Below are positions 9,460 to 18,598 of a stretch of 64,000 bases of DNA, in pieces. The notes under the pieces were generated by a model. It had not been told where the DNA came from. It made no database searches and was given only the letters and a program-made list of their open reading frames with translations. The position numbers and the translations under genes were made by a program. The DNA is taken from the NCBI GenBank assembly GCA_017390725.1, contig JAFPAV010000020.1, positions 3,898-67,897 on the forward strand, written 5' to 3'. Position 1 is the stretch's first letter. The number at the start of each line of letters is the position of its first letter. The DNA is from Clostridia bacterium (GTDB lineage: Bacteria > Bacillota > Clostridia > Oscillospirales > Acutalibacteraceae).

Positions 9460-10728
9460 ATGGCTGTTTATAAAAAGAAGCATAAAAAGATTTTTAGCAG
9501 TGCGCCAAGGGCTAAAAAGAGTGTTGCAAAAGCTAAAAATGAAAACAAAACAGATAACAAGGTTAAATCCCGTTTTTTAAATGATGATAAAGTTTTAAAA
9601 ATCGTCAAGGGCAGAAAGCTTGAGCAAAAGCGTAAAACAAAAATCGGTATTACGCTTATTGGCTTTGTTGTTGTTCTGATTTTAATTTTTGAACTATCCC
9701 TTCCTGTGGGTATTAATGATAGCCTTGAGAATTTCTTTTCAAAAATGGGTGCGGGAAGCTATCCGATTGATACATACGGTACCTCATTAATTGATGTTAA
9801 ATCAGCAAATAATTACTGTTATGTTCTTACAGATTCTAAAATGACCGCATACAATTCATCCGGAAAAGAATTAATATCATTTGCCCACGGTTATGAAAAG
9901 CCGGCAATGAAAAAATCTGCAACCCGTGTTATTGTATTTGAGCAAGGGGGACAAAACGGCGCTGTCTTTAACCTTTCCGGTGAAAAATCAAAAATTAAGC
10001 TTGAGAACGAAATAATAACCGCTAATATTTCCAGATGCGGTGTATATGCAATTGCAACCAAATCTGAACAATATTCTTCTGCTGTCAGCGTTTATGATAT
10101 CAATGATAATCTTATTTACGAATGGTATTCTGCAGAGGATATTGTAAATAATGTTGCTGTTTCACCAAATGGCAAAAAAATTGCAGTTTCAACAATAAAT
10201 GCAGTAGGCGGAGAATTTGTGTCTAAAATTTTGATACTTGAATTTGATTCGGCGGACCCTGTGTTTTCTAAAGAATATAAAGGAAACGTAATTTATTCGA
10301 TTGATACTACGCATAATAGTGGATTTTGGTGCGTTTTAGAGAACTCTATTAATTTTGTGAGATGGTCGGGAAAGGATATTAAGGATTATTCTTCAGAATA
10401 TTCTTTATCGCATTTTGTGGCTAATTCCGGCGGTGCGGTTGCTGTTTTTAACCGTATTGGCGATAAAACCGATAGTAAAATCATATATTTTAATAAGTCC
10501 GGTAAAAAGAAAACGGAATTTGATTTCAGCGGAGAAATCAGTGATGTCTCGCTTAGAGGAGGGCATATTTATTGCGTAAGCGATAATAATGTTTTCTTAT
10601 TGAGCAAAAAAGGTGATGTTTTGAGAAAAACAGAATCTAAATTTGGTGCCGATAGAATTTTTGTTTTAAGCACATATGAAATTGCTGTTATAGATGATAA
10701 TGCTATTGAAAAAATTAAATTCAAGTAA
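9460..10728 (+). CDS. Hypothetical membrane-anchored protein with a Lys-rich N-terminal tail, one TM helix and a beta-rich repeat ectodomain (possibly DUF5711-like)
   Basis: 422-aa ORF with an AGGAAG SD. Basic tail (KKKHKK, AKKSVAKAKNENK), TM helix IGITLIGFVVVLILIF, then about 340 aa of beta-strand-like repeats. The family assignment is from memory only. Confidence 0.6.
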   Translation: MAVYKKKHKKIFSSAPRAKKSVAKAKNENKTDNKVKSRFLNDDKVLKIVKGRKLEQKRKTKIGITLIGFVVVLILIFELSLPVGINDSLENFFSKMGAGSYPIDTYGTSLIDVKSANNYCYVLTDSKMTAYNSSGKELISFAHGYEKPAMKKSATRVIVFEQGGQNGAVFNLSGEKSKIKLENEIITANISRCGVYAIATKSEQYSSAVSVYDINDNLIYEWYSAEDIVNNVAVSPNGKKIAVSTINAVGGEFVSKILILEFDSADPVFSKEYKGNVIYSIDTTHNSGFWCVLENSINFVRWSGKDIKDYSSEYSLSHFVANSGGAVAVFNRIGDKTDSKIIYFNKSGKKKTEFDFSGEISDVSLRGGHIYCVSDNNVFLLSKKGDVLRKTESKFGADRIFVLSTYEIAVIDDNAIEKIKFK

Positions 10729-10742
10729 AGAGGTGTAGTTTC

Positions 10743-11432
10743 GTGGGTTTAATTTTAGACTTACTGTTTGTTGTAATAATAATTATAACAGCTATCCTTT
10801 CTGCAAAAAAAGGTTTTATTCGAACGCTGCTTGAATTAGTTGGCTTTGCTGCAGCTATAATAATTGCTTTAACTGTCAGCGAACCTATATCTGATTTTGC
10901 GTATGAAAAATTAGTTGAGCCTGCAATTATTGAAAAAACTGAGGGCATAATTGTTGAAAATACTAATGCAATACGAGAAAATTTATGGGAAAAGCTTCCG
11001 TCAATTATCAAAGATAACTCGGAATTTTTCGGTATTAACGAGGATAGCTTTTTGAATATAATTTCTTCTGAAAGCAAAAACGGTGCCGCAGATCTCTCCA
11101 TTGCAATTTCAGAAAAAATTGTTAGACCTGCGGTTGTTAACCTATTTTCTACCATAATTAGCTTTATACTTATTTTAATACTCATACCACTTTTCAGATT
11201 ATTGGCCAAAGGCATTAATAAGCTTTTTTCTGTGAGTGTTGTGGGTAAGGTTAATAAATTCCTTGGTGCAATATTAGGTATTCTAAAAGGCTTGGCAATT
11301 TGCTTAATAGTTTGCATATTATTAGATTTAATTGTTAAGTTGTCAAGCGGAGGATTTTGGTTAATTACAAATGATTTTTTAGATAAATCCTTTATTTTTT
11401 CTAAGATTTTTAAATTAATTTTTTTGAAATAA
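10743..11432 (+). CDS. cvpA: CvpA family membrane protein
   Basis: 229 aa. The N-terminus MGLILDLLFVVIIIITAILSAKKGFIRTLLELVGF is typical of CvpA. GTG start after AGAGGTG. The fully overlapping antisense ORF is rejected. Confidence 0.7.
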   Translation: MGLILDLLFVVIIIITAILSAKKGFIRTLLELVGFAAAIIIALTVSEPISDFAYEKLVEPAIIEKTEGIIVENTNAIRENLWEKLPSIIKDNSEFFGINEDSFLNIISSESKNGAADLSIAISEKIVRPAVVNLFSTIISFILILILIPLFRLLAKGINKLFSVSVVGKVNKFLGAILGILKGLAICLIVCILLDLIVKLSSGGFWLITNDFLDKSFIFSKIFKLIFLK

Positions 11433-11518
11433 TTTGCTATTGAAAAATACATAATTTTCGTATAGAATTATATTGTTTAATTTTCTTTCCGTGGATGCGG
11501 ATGATTGGAGAATATTTA

Positions 11519-13813
11519 ATGAAACTTTGTTCCAAATGTAAAAAGAGACCGGCAGTCGTTTTTATGTCTGATATGGCTAATCCTAACGCTGAACCAAACG
11601 GATTATGCTTGGTTTGCGCTAAAGAATTAGGAATTAAGCCTATAAACGATATGCTTAAAAAAATGAATATATCCGATGAGGATATTGAGCAGATGAGTGA
11701 CCAATTTATGGATATTATGTCTATGAGTGAAGATATGGATGATTCTGCACTGAATGACGAAACCTTTGATTTGGGAACTGCTCCTGCATTTCCCTTTATG
11801 AATAAGATTTTCGGAAATTTGACAGGTAATGATTCGCAAAAAGAATCAACCAAGGAAAAAAGCGGAGATAAGGGCAAAAAGACTGATAAAAAACGCCGCC
11901 GTTTTCTTGAACAGTATTGCACTAATCTTACTGCCAAGGCAAAAGATGGCAAACTCGATGCAATTATCGGCAGAGATGATGAGCTATACAGAACAATTCA
12001 GATTCTCTCAAGAAGAACCAAAAATAACCCTTGCTTAATCGGTGAGCCGGGTGTTGGTAAAACTGCTATTGCTGAGGGACTTGCCTTAAGAATTGCAAAT
12101 GGGGAAGCACCTGCAAGACTTTTAGATAAAGAAATAATGCTTCTTGATTTAACGGGTCTTGTTGCAGGTACTCAATTTAGAGGACAGTTTGAAAGTCGTG
12201 TTAAGGGTTTAATTCAGGAAATCAAGGATGCTGGCAATATCATTCTCTTTATTGATGAGATTCATAATCTCGTTGGAGCAGGGGATTCTTCTGAAGGCTC
12301 AATGAATGCTGCAAACATTTTAAAGCCCGCTCTTTCCCGTGGCGAAATTCAGGTAATCGGTGCTACCACCTTTAAGGAATATCGCAAATACATTGAAAAG
12401 GATGCAGCACTTGAGAGACGTTTTCAGCCAGTAACCATAGAAGAGCCTTCAATCAAAGAGGCAGAAAAGGTTTTGTTGGGCGTAAAGTGTTATTATGAGG
12501 GTTATCATAATGTTGTTGTTCCTGATGAAATTATTAAAAAAGCTGTTGCCCTTTCTGAAAGATATGTTACGGATAGATATTTACCCGATAAGGCTATCGA
12601 CTTGCTTGACGAAGCATGTGCCTGTGTCAGCCTTGCTAATAAAGCAATAGATGAACTCTATGTAGCAAATAAGAAGGTTGCAGAATTTTCTATTAAGCTT
12701 GAGGAATTAGAGGGAAATGTTGAAAACCCCGATTATGAGCAACAGGCGATTATTAAATCTGAAATTGAGAAATATAAGAAAAAGGCGGATGAGCTTTGCA
12801 TTGCTGCTTCTACTAATACAGTTACCGAAAAGGATTTGGCAAAGGTAATTGAATTATGGACAGGTATTCCTTCGGCAAAAATTCAGGAAAGTGACCTTAA
12901 AAAGTTATCCGAGTTAGAGGAAGCACTTAATCGCCGTATTATCGGTCAGGAAGAAGCAACCGCAGCCGTAACATCAGCGGTTAAACGCTCCCGTGTACAG
13001 ACAAGTAAAATTCATAAGCCTGCTTCCTTTATATTTGTAGGTCCCACAGGTGTCGGAAAAACCCAGCTGGTAAAGGAATTATCAGAGCAATTATTTGATA
13101 CGCCCGAGACAATGATAAGGCTTGATATGTCCGAATTTATGGAAAAACATTCAATTTCAAGACTTATCGGAGCGCCTCCCGGATATGTGGGCTACGATGA
13201 AGCTGGACAGTTAACTGAGAAGGTAAGAAGAAAACCCTATTCCGTTGTCTTGTTTGATGAGATTGAAAAGGCTCATCCTGATGTGCTTAATATCCTCTTA
13301 CAGATACTGGATGACGGTCGTGTCACCGATGCACAGGGAAGAACAGTAAATTTTGAAAATACAATTATTGTAATGACCTCAAATGCAGGTAGCAACCTAA
13401 ATGAAAATCTTTTAGGCTTTGGCAAAACCCAGGCTCAGGCTTCCAAAGAAAAGTGCTTAAAAGCATTGGAGGAATTCTTGAGACCTGAATTTATTGCAAG
13501 GGTTGATGAAGTAGTCGTGTTTTCACCCCTTTCCTATGATTCGTTGGTTAAAATATCAGCAATTATGCTGGATGAATTAACTGACGCATTATCTGATAAA
13601 GGTATTACTTTAAAATACGATAATAATGTATGCGAGTATCTTGCAGAAAAGTGTCAGGGTGGCAAAAGGGGAGCAAGGGATTTACGTAATACCATCCGCC
13701 GTGAAATTGAAGATAAGATAGTAAATCTTATTGTTGAGAACGGTGACGGTATAATAAAAGAAATTTCTGTTTCCTATAAAGAAAACATCGAAATTAACTT
13801 AAAATTAGTTTAA
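11519..13813 (+). CDS. clpE: Class III HSP100/Clp ATPase of the ClpE type, with an N-terminal zinc finger replacing the Clp_N domain
   Basis: N-terminal CSKC-22 aa-CLVC (CX2CX22CX2C). Two AAA+ modules ([13 protein letters not shown] and [17 protein letters not shown]). A coiled-coil linker lies between them. Confidence 0.8.
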   Translation: MKLCSKCKKRPAVVFMSDMANPNAEPNGLCLVCAKELGIKPINDMLKKMNISDEDIEQMSDQFMDIMSMSEDMDDSALNDETFDLGTAPAFPFMNKIFGNLTGNDSQKESTKEKSGDKGKKTDKKRRRFLEQYCTNLTAKAKDGKLDAIIGRDDELYRTIQILSRRTKNNPCLIGEPGVGKTAIAEGLALRIANGEAPARLLDKEIMLLDLTGLVAGTQFRGQFESRVKGLIQEIKDAGNIILFIDEIHNLVGAGDSSEGSMNAANILKPALSRGEIQVIGATTFKEYRKYIEKDAALERRFQPVTIEEPSIKEAEKVLLGVKCYYEGYHNVVVPDEIIKKAVALSERYVTDRYLPDKAIDLLDEACACVSLANKAIDELYVANKKVAEFSIKLEELEGNVENPDYEQQAIIKSEIEKYKKKADELCIAASTNTVTEKDLAKVIELWTGIPSAKIQESDLKKLSELEEALNRRIIGQEEATAAVTSAVKRSRVQTSKIHKPASFIFVGPTGVGKTQLVKELSEQLFDTPETMIRLDMSEFMEKHSISRLIGAPPGYVGYDEAGQLTEKVRRKPYSVVLFDEIEKAHPDVLNILLQILDDGRVTDAQGRTVNFENTIIVMTSNAGSNLNENLLGFGKTQAQASKEKCLKALEEFLRPEFIARVDEVVVFSPLSYDSLVKISAIMLDELTDALSDKGITLKYDNNVCEYLAEKCQGGKRGARDLRNTIRREIEDKIVNLIVENGDGIIKEISVSYKENIEINLKLV

Positions 13814-13821
13814 AAAAACTA

Positions 13822-13850
13822 TTGACTAACGGCAAAAATTGTGTTAATAT
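13822..13850 (+). promoter_or_regulatory. Sigma-A type promoter for tRNA-Gly (TTGACT-17 nt-TAATAT)
   Basis: -35 TTGACT at 13822-13827, a 17-nt spacer, and -10 TAATAT at 13845-13850, 17 nt before the tRNA 5' end. Confidence 0.5.
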
Positions 13851-13867
13851 AATTCTTGTCGTTAAAT

Positions 13868-13941
13868 GCGGGTGTAGTTCAATGGTAGAATCCCAGCCTT
13901 CCAAGCTGGTCGTGTGGGTTCGATTCCCATCACCCGCTCCA
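13868..13941 (+). tRNA. tRNA-Gly (anticodon UCC), CCA encoded
   Basis: Manual cloverleaf: acceptor GCGGGTG/CACCCGC, anticodon stem CCAGC/GCTGG with loop CTTCCAA, T arm GTGGG-TTCGATT-CCCAT, and a 3' CCA. Confidence 0.95.
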
Positions 13942-13944
13942 AAA

Positions 13945-13975
13945 AGCACTAACCAAAAGGTTGGTGCTTTTTTTA
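13945..13975 (+). terminator. Rho-independent terminator after tRNA-Gly
   Basis: 10-bp stem AGCACTAACC/GGTTGGTGCT with loop AAAA, followed by TTTTTTT. Confidence 0.8.
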
Positions 13976-13999
13976 ACAGATTTTGGCAAGGAGAACAAA

Positions 14000-14616
14000 A
14001 TGTATCCATTATTACTTAAAGCTACAATAAAAGATTATATATGGGGCGGAAATAAGCTCATTGATGAATTCGGATTTGAAAGTGTTGGTGATAAAGCAGC
14101 AGAGGCTTGATAGAAGAGGTATGCAATAAAGTTCCGGTAAAAAAAGGCGATGTTTTCTTTATTGAATCGGGAACGCTGCATGCTATCGGATCTGGAATTT
14201 TAATTGCCGAAGTTCAACAAAACTCCAATTCAACATATAGAGTTTCTGATTACGGCAGACTTGGTGCTGACGGAAAACCCCGTCAATTACATATTGATAA
14301 AGCAATTGATGTTACTAACAGAGAACCTGTAAAAGTTAAAGACAATTCGGCTTTAACTGTGAAGAAAACCGATTTATGGGAATTAAGAAATCTTGCTTCT
14401 TGTGAACTGTTTATGGTTGATTTGCTGGAATTAAACGGTGAAGTTTCATTATTTGAGAAGGATACCTTTATTTCTGTGGTTCTTTTAGAAGGAAGCTTGA
14501 AATTTGAAGGTAATAATGAAGGTGGCGAAATGAAAAAGGGAAGCAGCCTTTTTATACCTGCGGGTGTAACCACTAAATTAATTGGTAAAGCTAAAGTTTT
14601 ATTGAGTAAAATATAA
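14000..14616 (+). pseudogene. manA: Decayed class I mannose-6-phosphate isomerase (manA remnant: N-terminal 36 codons plus C-terminal ~169 codons in a different frame)
   Basis: The ATG at 14000 (SD AAGGAGA) gives MYPLLLKATIKDYIWGGNKLIDEFGFESVGDKAAEA and then a TGA at 14108-14110. The ORF at 14107-14616, in another frame, carries GDVFFIESGTLHAIGSGILIAEVQQNSNSTYRVSDYGR. About 110 central residues of a normal ~315-aa enzyme are missing. Confidence 0.7.
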
Positions 14617-14620
14617 AATA

Positions 14621-14654
14621 AAAGACAGAGTAATTTTAAACTTACTCTGTCTTT
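14621..14654. terminator. Bidirectional hairpin terminator between the manA remnant and fumarase beta
   Basis: 13-bp stem AAAGACAGAGTAA/TTACTCTGTCTTT, flanked by A and T runs. Confidence 0.7.
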
Positions 14655-14655
14655 T

Positions 14656-15183
14656 TTATTTGAAAATATTGTTGCCTTTTGAATCAATTGCTACTATCAA
14701 TGGGAAATTATCGAATTCAAGTTTTTTAACCGATTCGCATCCCAAATCTTCAAAATCAATTACTTCGCATTTTTTTATACATAAGGCGGCGAGAGCACCG
14801 GCTCCACCAATAGCACATAGATACAATGCTCGGTTTTTGATTATCGAATCAACAACTTCCTTTGAGCGCATACCTTTTCCTATGGTTGCGGCAACGCCCA
14901 AATCGTATAGCCTGGGTGCAAATTTATCCATACGAGAAGAAGTGGTGGGTCCACAACTACCTATTGCCATACCCACGGGAGTTGGAGTGGGTCCTGCATA
15001 ATATATAACCGAATTTTCAAGCTCAAAGGGGAGAGAGGCGCCTCTGTTTAACGATTCATCAATTCGCTTATGGGCGGCATCACGAGCCGTATAAAGACAA
15101 CCTGAAAGATAAACCTTATCTCCAACATTAAGCTTTTCGGAAATTTCTTTCAACTGACTGCAATTTAAATAATATTCATTCAT
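14656..15183 (-). CDS. Class I (Fe-S) fumarate hydratase / tartrate dehydratase family, beta subunit
   Basis: 175 aa. GxLYTARDAAHKR, YYAGPTP and GKG motifs of the FumA C-terminal/TtdB family. Confidence 0.8.
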   Translation of the reverse strand: MNEYYLNCSQLKEISEKLNVGDKVYLSGCLYTARDAAHKRIDESLNRGASLPFELENSVIYYAGPTPTPVGMAIGSCGPTTSSRMDKFAPRLYDLGVAATIGKGMRSKEVVDSIIKNRALYLCAIGGAGALAALCIKKCEVIDFEDLGCESVKKLEFDNFPLIVAIDSKGNNIFK

Positions 15184-15728
15184 TTGGTTATATTCTCGTA
15201 AATTGCTTCAAATTCGTTTTTGGCGTTTTCGTCCAAAATATTATTACCTTGGATTTTTTTAACAGAATCTTCAATGGATTGTAACAATCCGTCAACTCCG
15301 CCAACGAAGTCATATGTGGATTTAATGATATTTTCTTTTATTTCATTGTATGAATCCTGAGCATTGTTAAGAAGGGAAAGATTCTTATTAATTTCTTCCT
15401 CGGCAATGGCCTTATCGGACATAGCATTATCCATTATAGTGCGGGCATTTGTTTGAGCAACTAGGTATAACTTGCCGATATTTTCGGAAAGTCTTTCTAT
15501 CTCTGCGTATTTTTCTTTAAAAACAGTAAGCTCTGCATTAATTTTTGCATTTTCCTCTGTTAAAGCAAGATTTTTTTCGCTCGATTCTTTTAATTCACTA
15601 CTAAGAGAATCAATTTTTTCGTTTAATAATAATTCCTTCTCTTTAAAGGTTTTATGTGCTTTTTCAATGTAGGCTACAACCTCTTCGCAATTAAAACCAA
15701 AAAGACTTTTTTTAAATCCTTTAGACAT
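15180..15728 (-). CDS. DivIVA domain-containing coiled-coil protein
   Basis: 182 aa. The N-terminal FKKSLFGFNCEEVVAYIEK matches the DivIVA lipid-binding domain pattern, followed by a long coiled coil. Its stop overlaps the start of the fumarase beta gene (ATGA). Confidence 0.7.
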   Translation of the reverse strand: MSKGFKKSLFGFNCEEVVAYIEKAHKTFKEKELLLNEKIDSLSSELKESSEKNLALTEENAKINAELTVFKEKYAEIERLSENIGKLYLVAQTNARTIMDNAMSDKAIAEEEINKNLSLLNNAQDSYNEIKENIIKSTYDFVGGVDGLLQSIEDSVKKIQGNNILDENAKNEFEAIYENITK

Positions 15729-15882
15729 TAAAGTAAACCTCCTTATGTCAATTGGTATTTATTATACCAAATAATATGTATTTTTACAAGATATTTTTCT
15801 TTTTTACGGAATATATCTTTAGTTGACATTTTTTTGCTGGTATGATAAAATTTTACACATAATATTATAAGGAGAGAAATTT

Positions 15883-17499
15883 ATGCAGGCAAAAAAAATT
15901 ATTCCTAAAATTCTCATTATTGCATTTGCTGTAGCTTTTGGCGTTGTTTGTGCCTTAACCGGTTCAATAACCAGCCCTATCGGTACTTTATGGTCACTTT
16001 TCCCGCCGGTTGTAGCAATATGCTTGGCTTTGCTCACTAAAGAGGTTTACTCCTCACTTTTTGTAGGTATTGTAGTCGGTGGTCTTTTGGCCACGGGATT
16101 CAATCCTATACATACCGTTGATACAGTAATTAGCGATGGTTTTATTTCAGCTGTTTCCGGTAGTTCAGGTATCTTTATATTCCTAGTTTTACTTGGAATA
16201 ATCGTTGCTTTACTCAATAAAGCCGGCGGTTCTCAGGCATTTGGAAGATGGGCTTCTCGTCACGTAAAAACAAAGGTTGGCGCAGCGCTTGCAACCTTCT
16301 GCTTCGGTGTACTTATCTTTATTGATGACTATTTTAACTGCTTAACTGTTGGTGCTGTTATGCGCCCTGTTACCGATAAGACCAAGATTTCACGTGCAAA
16401 GCTTTCATATTTAATTGATGCTACTGCTGCTCCCGTTTGTATGATTGCTCCCATTTCCTCATGGGCTGCTGCTGTTGCTTCCTATGCACCCGACGGTCAG
16501 GGCATTGCACTTTTCTGCAAGGCAATTCCTTACAATTTCTATTCATTGCTTACATTTGTATTTATTATCGTTCTCGCATTCTCTAAATTCGATTATGGTC
16601 CTATGAAGCTTCACGAAGATAATGCTTTAAACGGCGATTTATTTACAACTGGTGAATTCTCTGGTGCAGTTGAAGATGAGCCCGCAACCGAAAAGGGAAG
16701 AGTTATCGACCTTGTTTTACCGATAATTTTCCTTATAGCTGTTTGCGTATTCTCGCTATTTTATGTTGGAAGATGTATGGGCGAAGAGTGGGTATTTGCT
16801 TCTGCAAATTATGATTCTTCTCTTAACTTCATTGATGCATTTTCTAATACCGATGCTACTGTAGGCCTTCCTTGGGGTGGTTTCATTGCATTGATTGGTA
16901 TTGTTATTTATTTCATTGCACGTCGTCTTGTAACCTTTAAGGAAGCTATGGAATGCATTCCTAAGGGCTTCATTGCAATGGTACCTGCTATTTTAATTCT
17001 TACAATGGCAACCACTCTTAAGAACACTACAAGCTTACTCGATTCAAGTGCTTTTGTTGAGAATGCTTTGGCTTCTGCAGGCGCACTCAATAATTTCTTA
17101 CCTGCTATTATCTTTATTGTTGCTTGCTGTATTGCCTTCGCAACGGGAACATCATGGGGAACCTTTGGTATACTTATTCCCATAGTTCTCAGCATTTTCC
17201 CTGTAGGCAGTGAACTTGGTATTGTTGGTATGTCTGCTTGTCTTGCAGGTGCTGTTTGTGGTGACCACTGTTCTCCGATTTCTGATACAACAATAATGGC
17301 TTCTGCAGGTGCCCAGTGTGATCATATTAATCACGTTTCTACCCAGTTGCCTTATGCAATAACTGTGGCTTCAGTTTCCTTTGTAAGTTATATTATTGCA
17401 GGATTTGTTTCTAACTGGATGGTTGTTTTACCAATTTCAATCGTTATTTTGATTGGAACTCTATTTGTAATTAAATCAATAACCGCTAAAAAAGCATAA
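15883..17499 (+). CDS. Na+/H+ antiporter NhaC family membrane protein
   Basis: 538-aa polytopic membrane protein with SD GGAGAG. The family call rests on overall resemblance from memory, so it is moderate. Confidence 0.65.
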   Translation: MQAKKIIPKILIIAFAVAFGVVCALTGSITSPIGTLWSLFPPVVAICLALLTKEVYSSLFVGIVVGGLLATGFNPIHTVDTVISDGFISAVSGSSGIFIFLVLLGIIVALLNKAGGSQAFGRWASRHVKTKVGAALATFCFGVLIFIDDYFNCLTVGAVMRPVTDKTKISRAKLSYLIDATAAPVCMIAPISSWAAAVASYAPDGQGIALFCKAIPYNFYSLLTFVFIIVLAFSKFDYGPMKLHEDNALNGDLFTTGEFSGAVEDEPATEKGRVIDLVLPIIFLIAVCVFSLFYVGRCMGEEWVFASANYDSSLNFIDAFSNTDATVGLPWGGFIALIGIVIYFIARRLVTFKEAMECIPKGFIAMVPAILILTMATTLKNTTSLLDSSAFVENALASAGALNNFLPAIIFIVACCIAFATGTSWGTFGILIPIVLSIFPVGSELGIVGMSACLAGAVCGDHCSPISDTTIMASAGAQCDHINHVSTQLPYAITVASVSFVSYIIAGFVSNWMVVLPISIVILIGTLFVIKSITAKKA

Positions 17500-17514
17500 T
17501 TTTATTGAAATTTC

Positions 17515-17554
17515 GTGTCGTTGCACTTATAATTAGTGCAACGACATTTTTTTA
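17515..17554 (+). terminator. Rho-independent terminator after nhaC
   Basis: 12-bp stem GTGTCGTTGCAC/GTGCAACGACAT followed by TTTTTTT. Confidence 0.8.
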
Positions 17555-17564
17555 CGGGTGAATT

Positions 17565-18398
17565 ATGAAACGACAACTTGAAAAACATCAGGAAATTGAA
17601 CGTAGCATTATAAAAAAGCACCGAAAAACAATATGGAATAATTTTATTGGTGCAATTCAGGAATACGACCTTATAAAAGAAGGCGATAGAATTGCCGTTT
17701 GCATATCAGGGGGCAAGGATTCTATGTTACTTGCGAAATGTATGCAACAGCTTCAGCGATTTAGCAAGGTGCCTTTTGAAATTGTTTTTCTTGTTATGGA
17801 CCCCGGATATAACCCCGCAAACCGTAATCTGATTATCGAAAACTCAAAGATTATGAATATTGATATCACTATGTTTGAAAGTAATATTTTTGATGTTACT
17901 TTAACATCGGGTGGGTCTCCTTGTTATTTGTGTGCTCGTATGCGCAGAGGCTGTCTTTACGGTAAAGCAAGGGAGCTTGGTTGCAATAAAATTGCTTTAG
18001 GTCATCACTTTAATGATGTAATTGAAACTGTGTTGATGAGTATGATGTATTCTTCTGAAATAAAAACAATGTTGCCTAAATTACACAGTACAAACTTTGA
18101 AGGTATGGAGCTTATAAGACCGCTTTACAAGGTAAAAGAGGATGACATTATTTCTTGGGCAAATTATAATAATTTGCACTTTTTACAGTGTGCTTGTAAA
18201 TTTACAGAGGAGAGCACCGAGAGGGAAGACCTTTCTAAAAGGAAGGAAATCAAGGGCTTAATTAAAGAAATCAAGAAGACTAATCCTAACGTTGATGATA
18301 ATATTTTCAGAAGTTTGCATAATGTGAATTTAGCTACTTTGCCGGGTTTCAGAGATTCGGATTCGGGTGAAGTGCATAGCTTTTTAGAAAAATACTAA
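17565..18398 (+). CDS. PP-loop ATPase, tRNA 2-thiocytidine synthetase TtcA-like
   Basis: 277 aa. PP-loop CISGGKDS plus CxxC motifs (PCYLCARMRR, LQCACKF). Confidence 0.7.
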   Translation: MKRQLEKHQEIERSIIKKHRKTIWNNFIGAIQEYDLIKEGDRIAVCISGGKDSMLLAKCMQQLQRFSKVPFEIVFLVMDPGYNPANRNLIIENSKIMNIDITMFESNIFDVTLTSGGSPCYLCARMRRGCLYGKARELGCNKIALGHHFNDVIETVLMSMMYSSEIKTMLPKLHSTNFEGMELIRPLYKVKEDDIISWANYNNLHFLQCACKFTEESTEREDLSKRKEIKGLIKEIKKTNPNVDDNIFRSLHNVNLATLPGFRDSDSGEVHSFLEKY

Positions 18399-18458
18399 TG
18401 GCTGCTTTTTGCAGTCATTTTTATTTGTTAAAAAAGAATTAAATTTGCCCATAATTTA

Positions 18459-18487
18459 TTGACAGAAATAAAATTGAATTTTATAAT
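18459..18487 (+). promoter_or_regulatory. Consensus sigma-A promoter (TTGACA-17 nt-TATAAT) for the ABC exporter pair
   Basis: TTGACA at 18459-18464 and TATAAT at 18482-18487. About 110 nt of leader precede the ATG at 18599. Confidence 0.6.
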
Positions 18488-18598
18488 GGAAAATAACGGT
18501 TAAATTCCCGTGTTAGCATTTGATAAGATGCTAAACTTGAAAATTTATTCTAATCTTTAATATAACTGATAAAATTATTAAAAACCTGGAGGAAAAAG

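Noticed and set aside
10721-11452. A 243-aa ORF on the minus strand covering the whole cvpA locus
   Set aside because: The plus-strand product has a recognisable CvpA N-terminus and a TM pattern with an SD-linked GTG start. The antisense product is low-complexity (K/I/S/N-rich) with no SD. It is a typical shadow ORF in AT-rich DNA.
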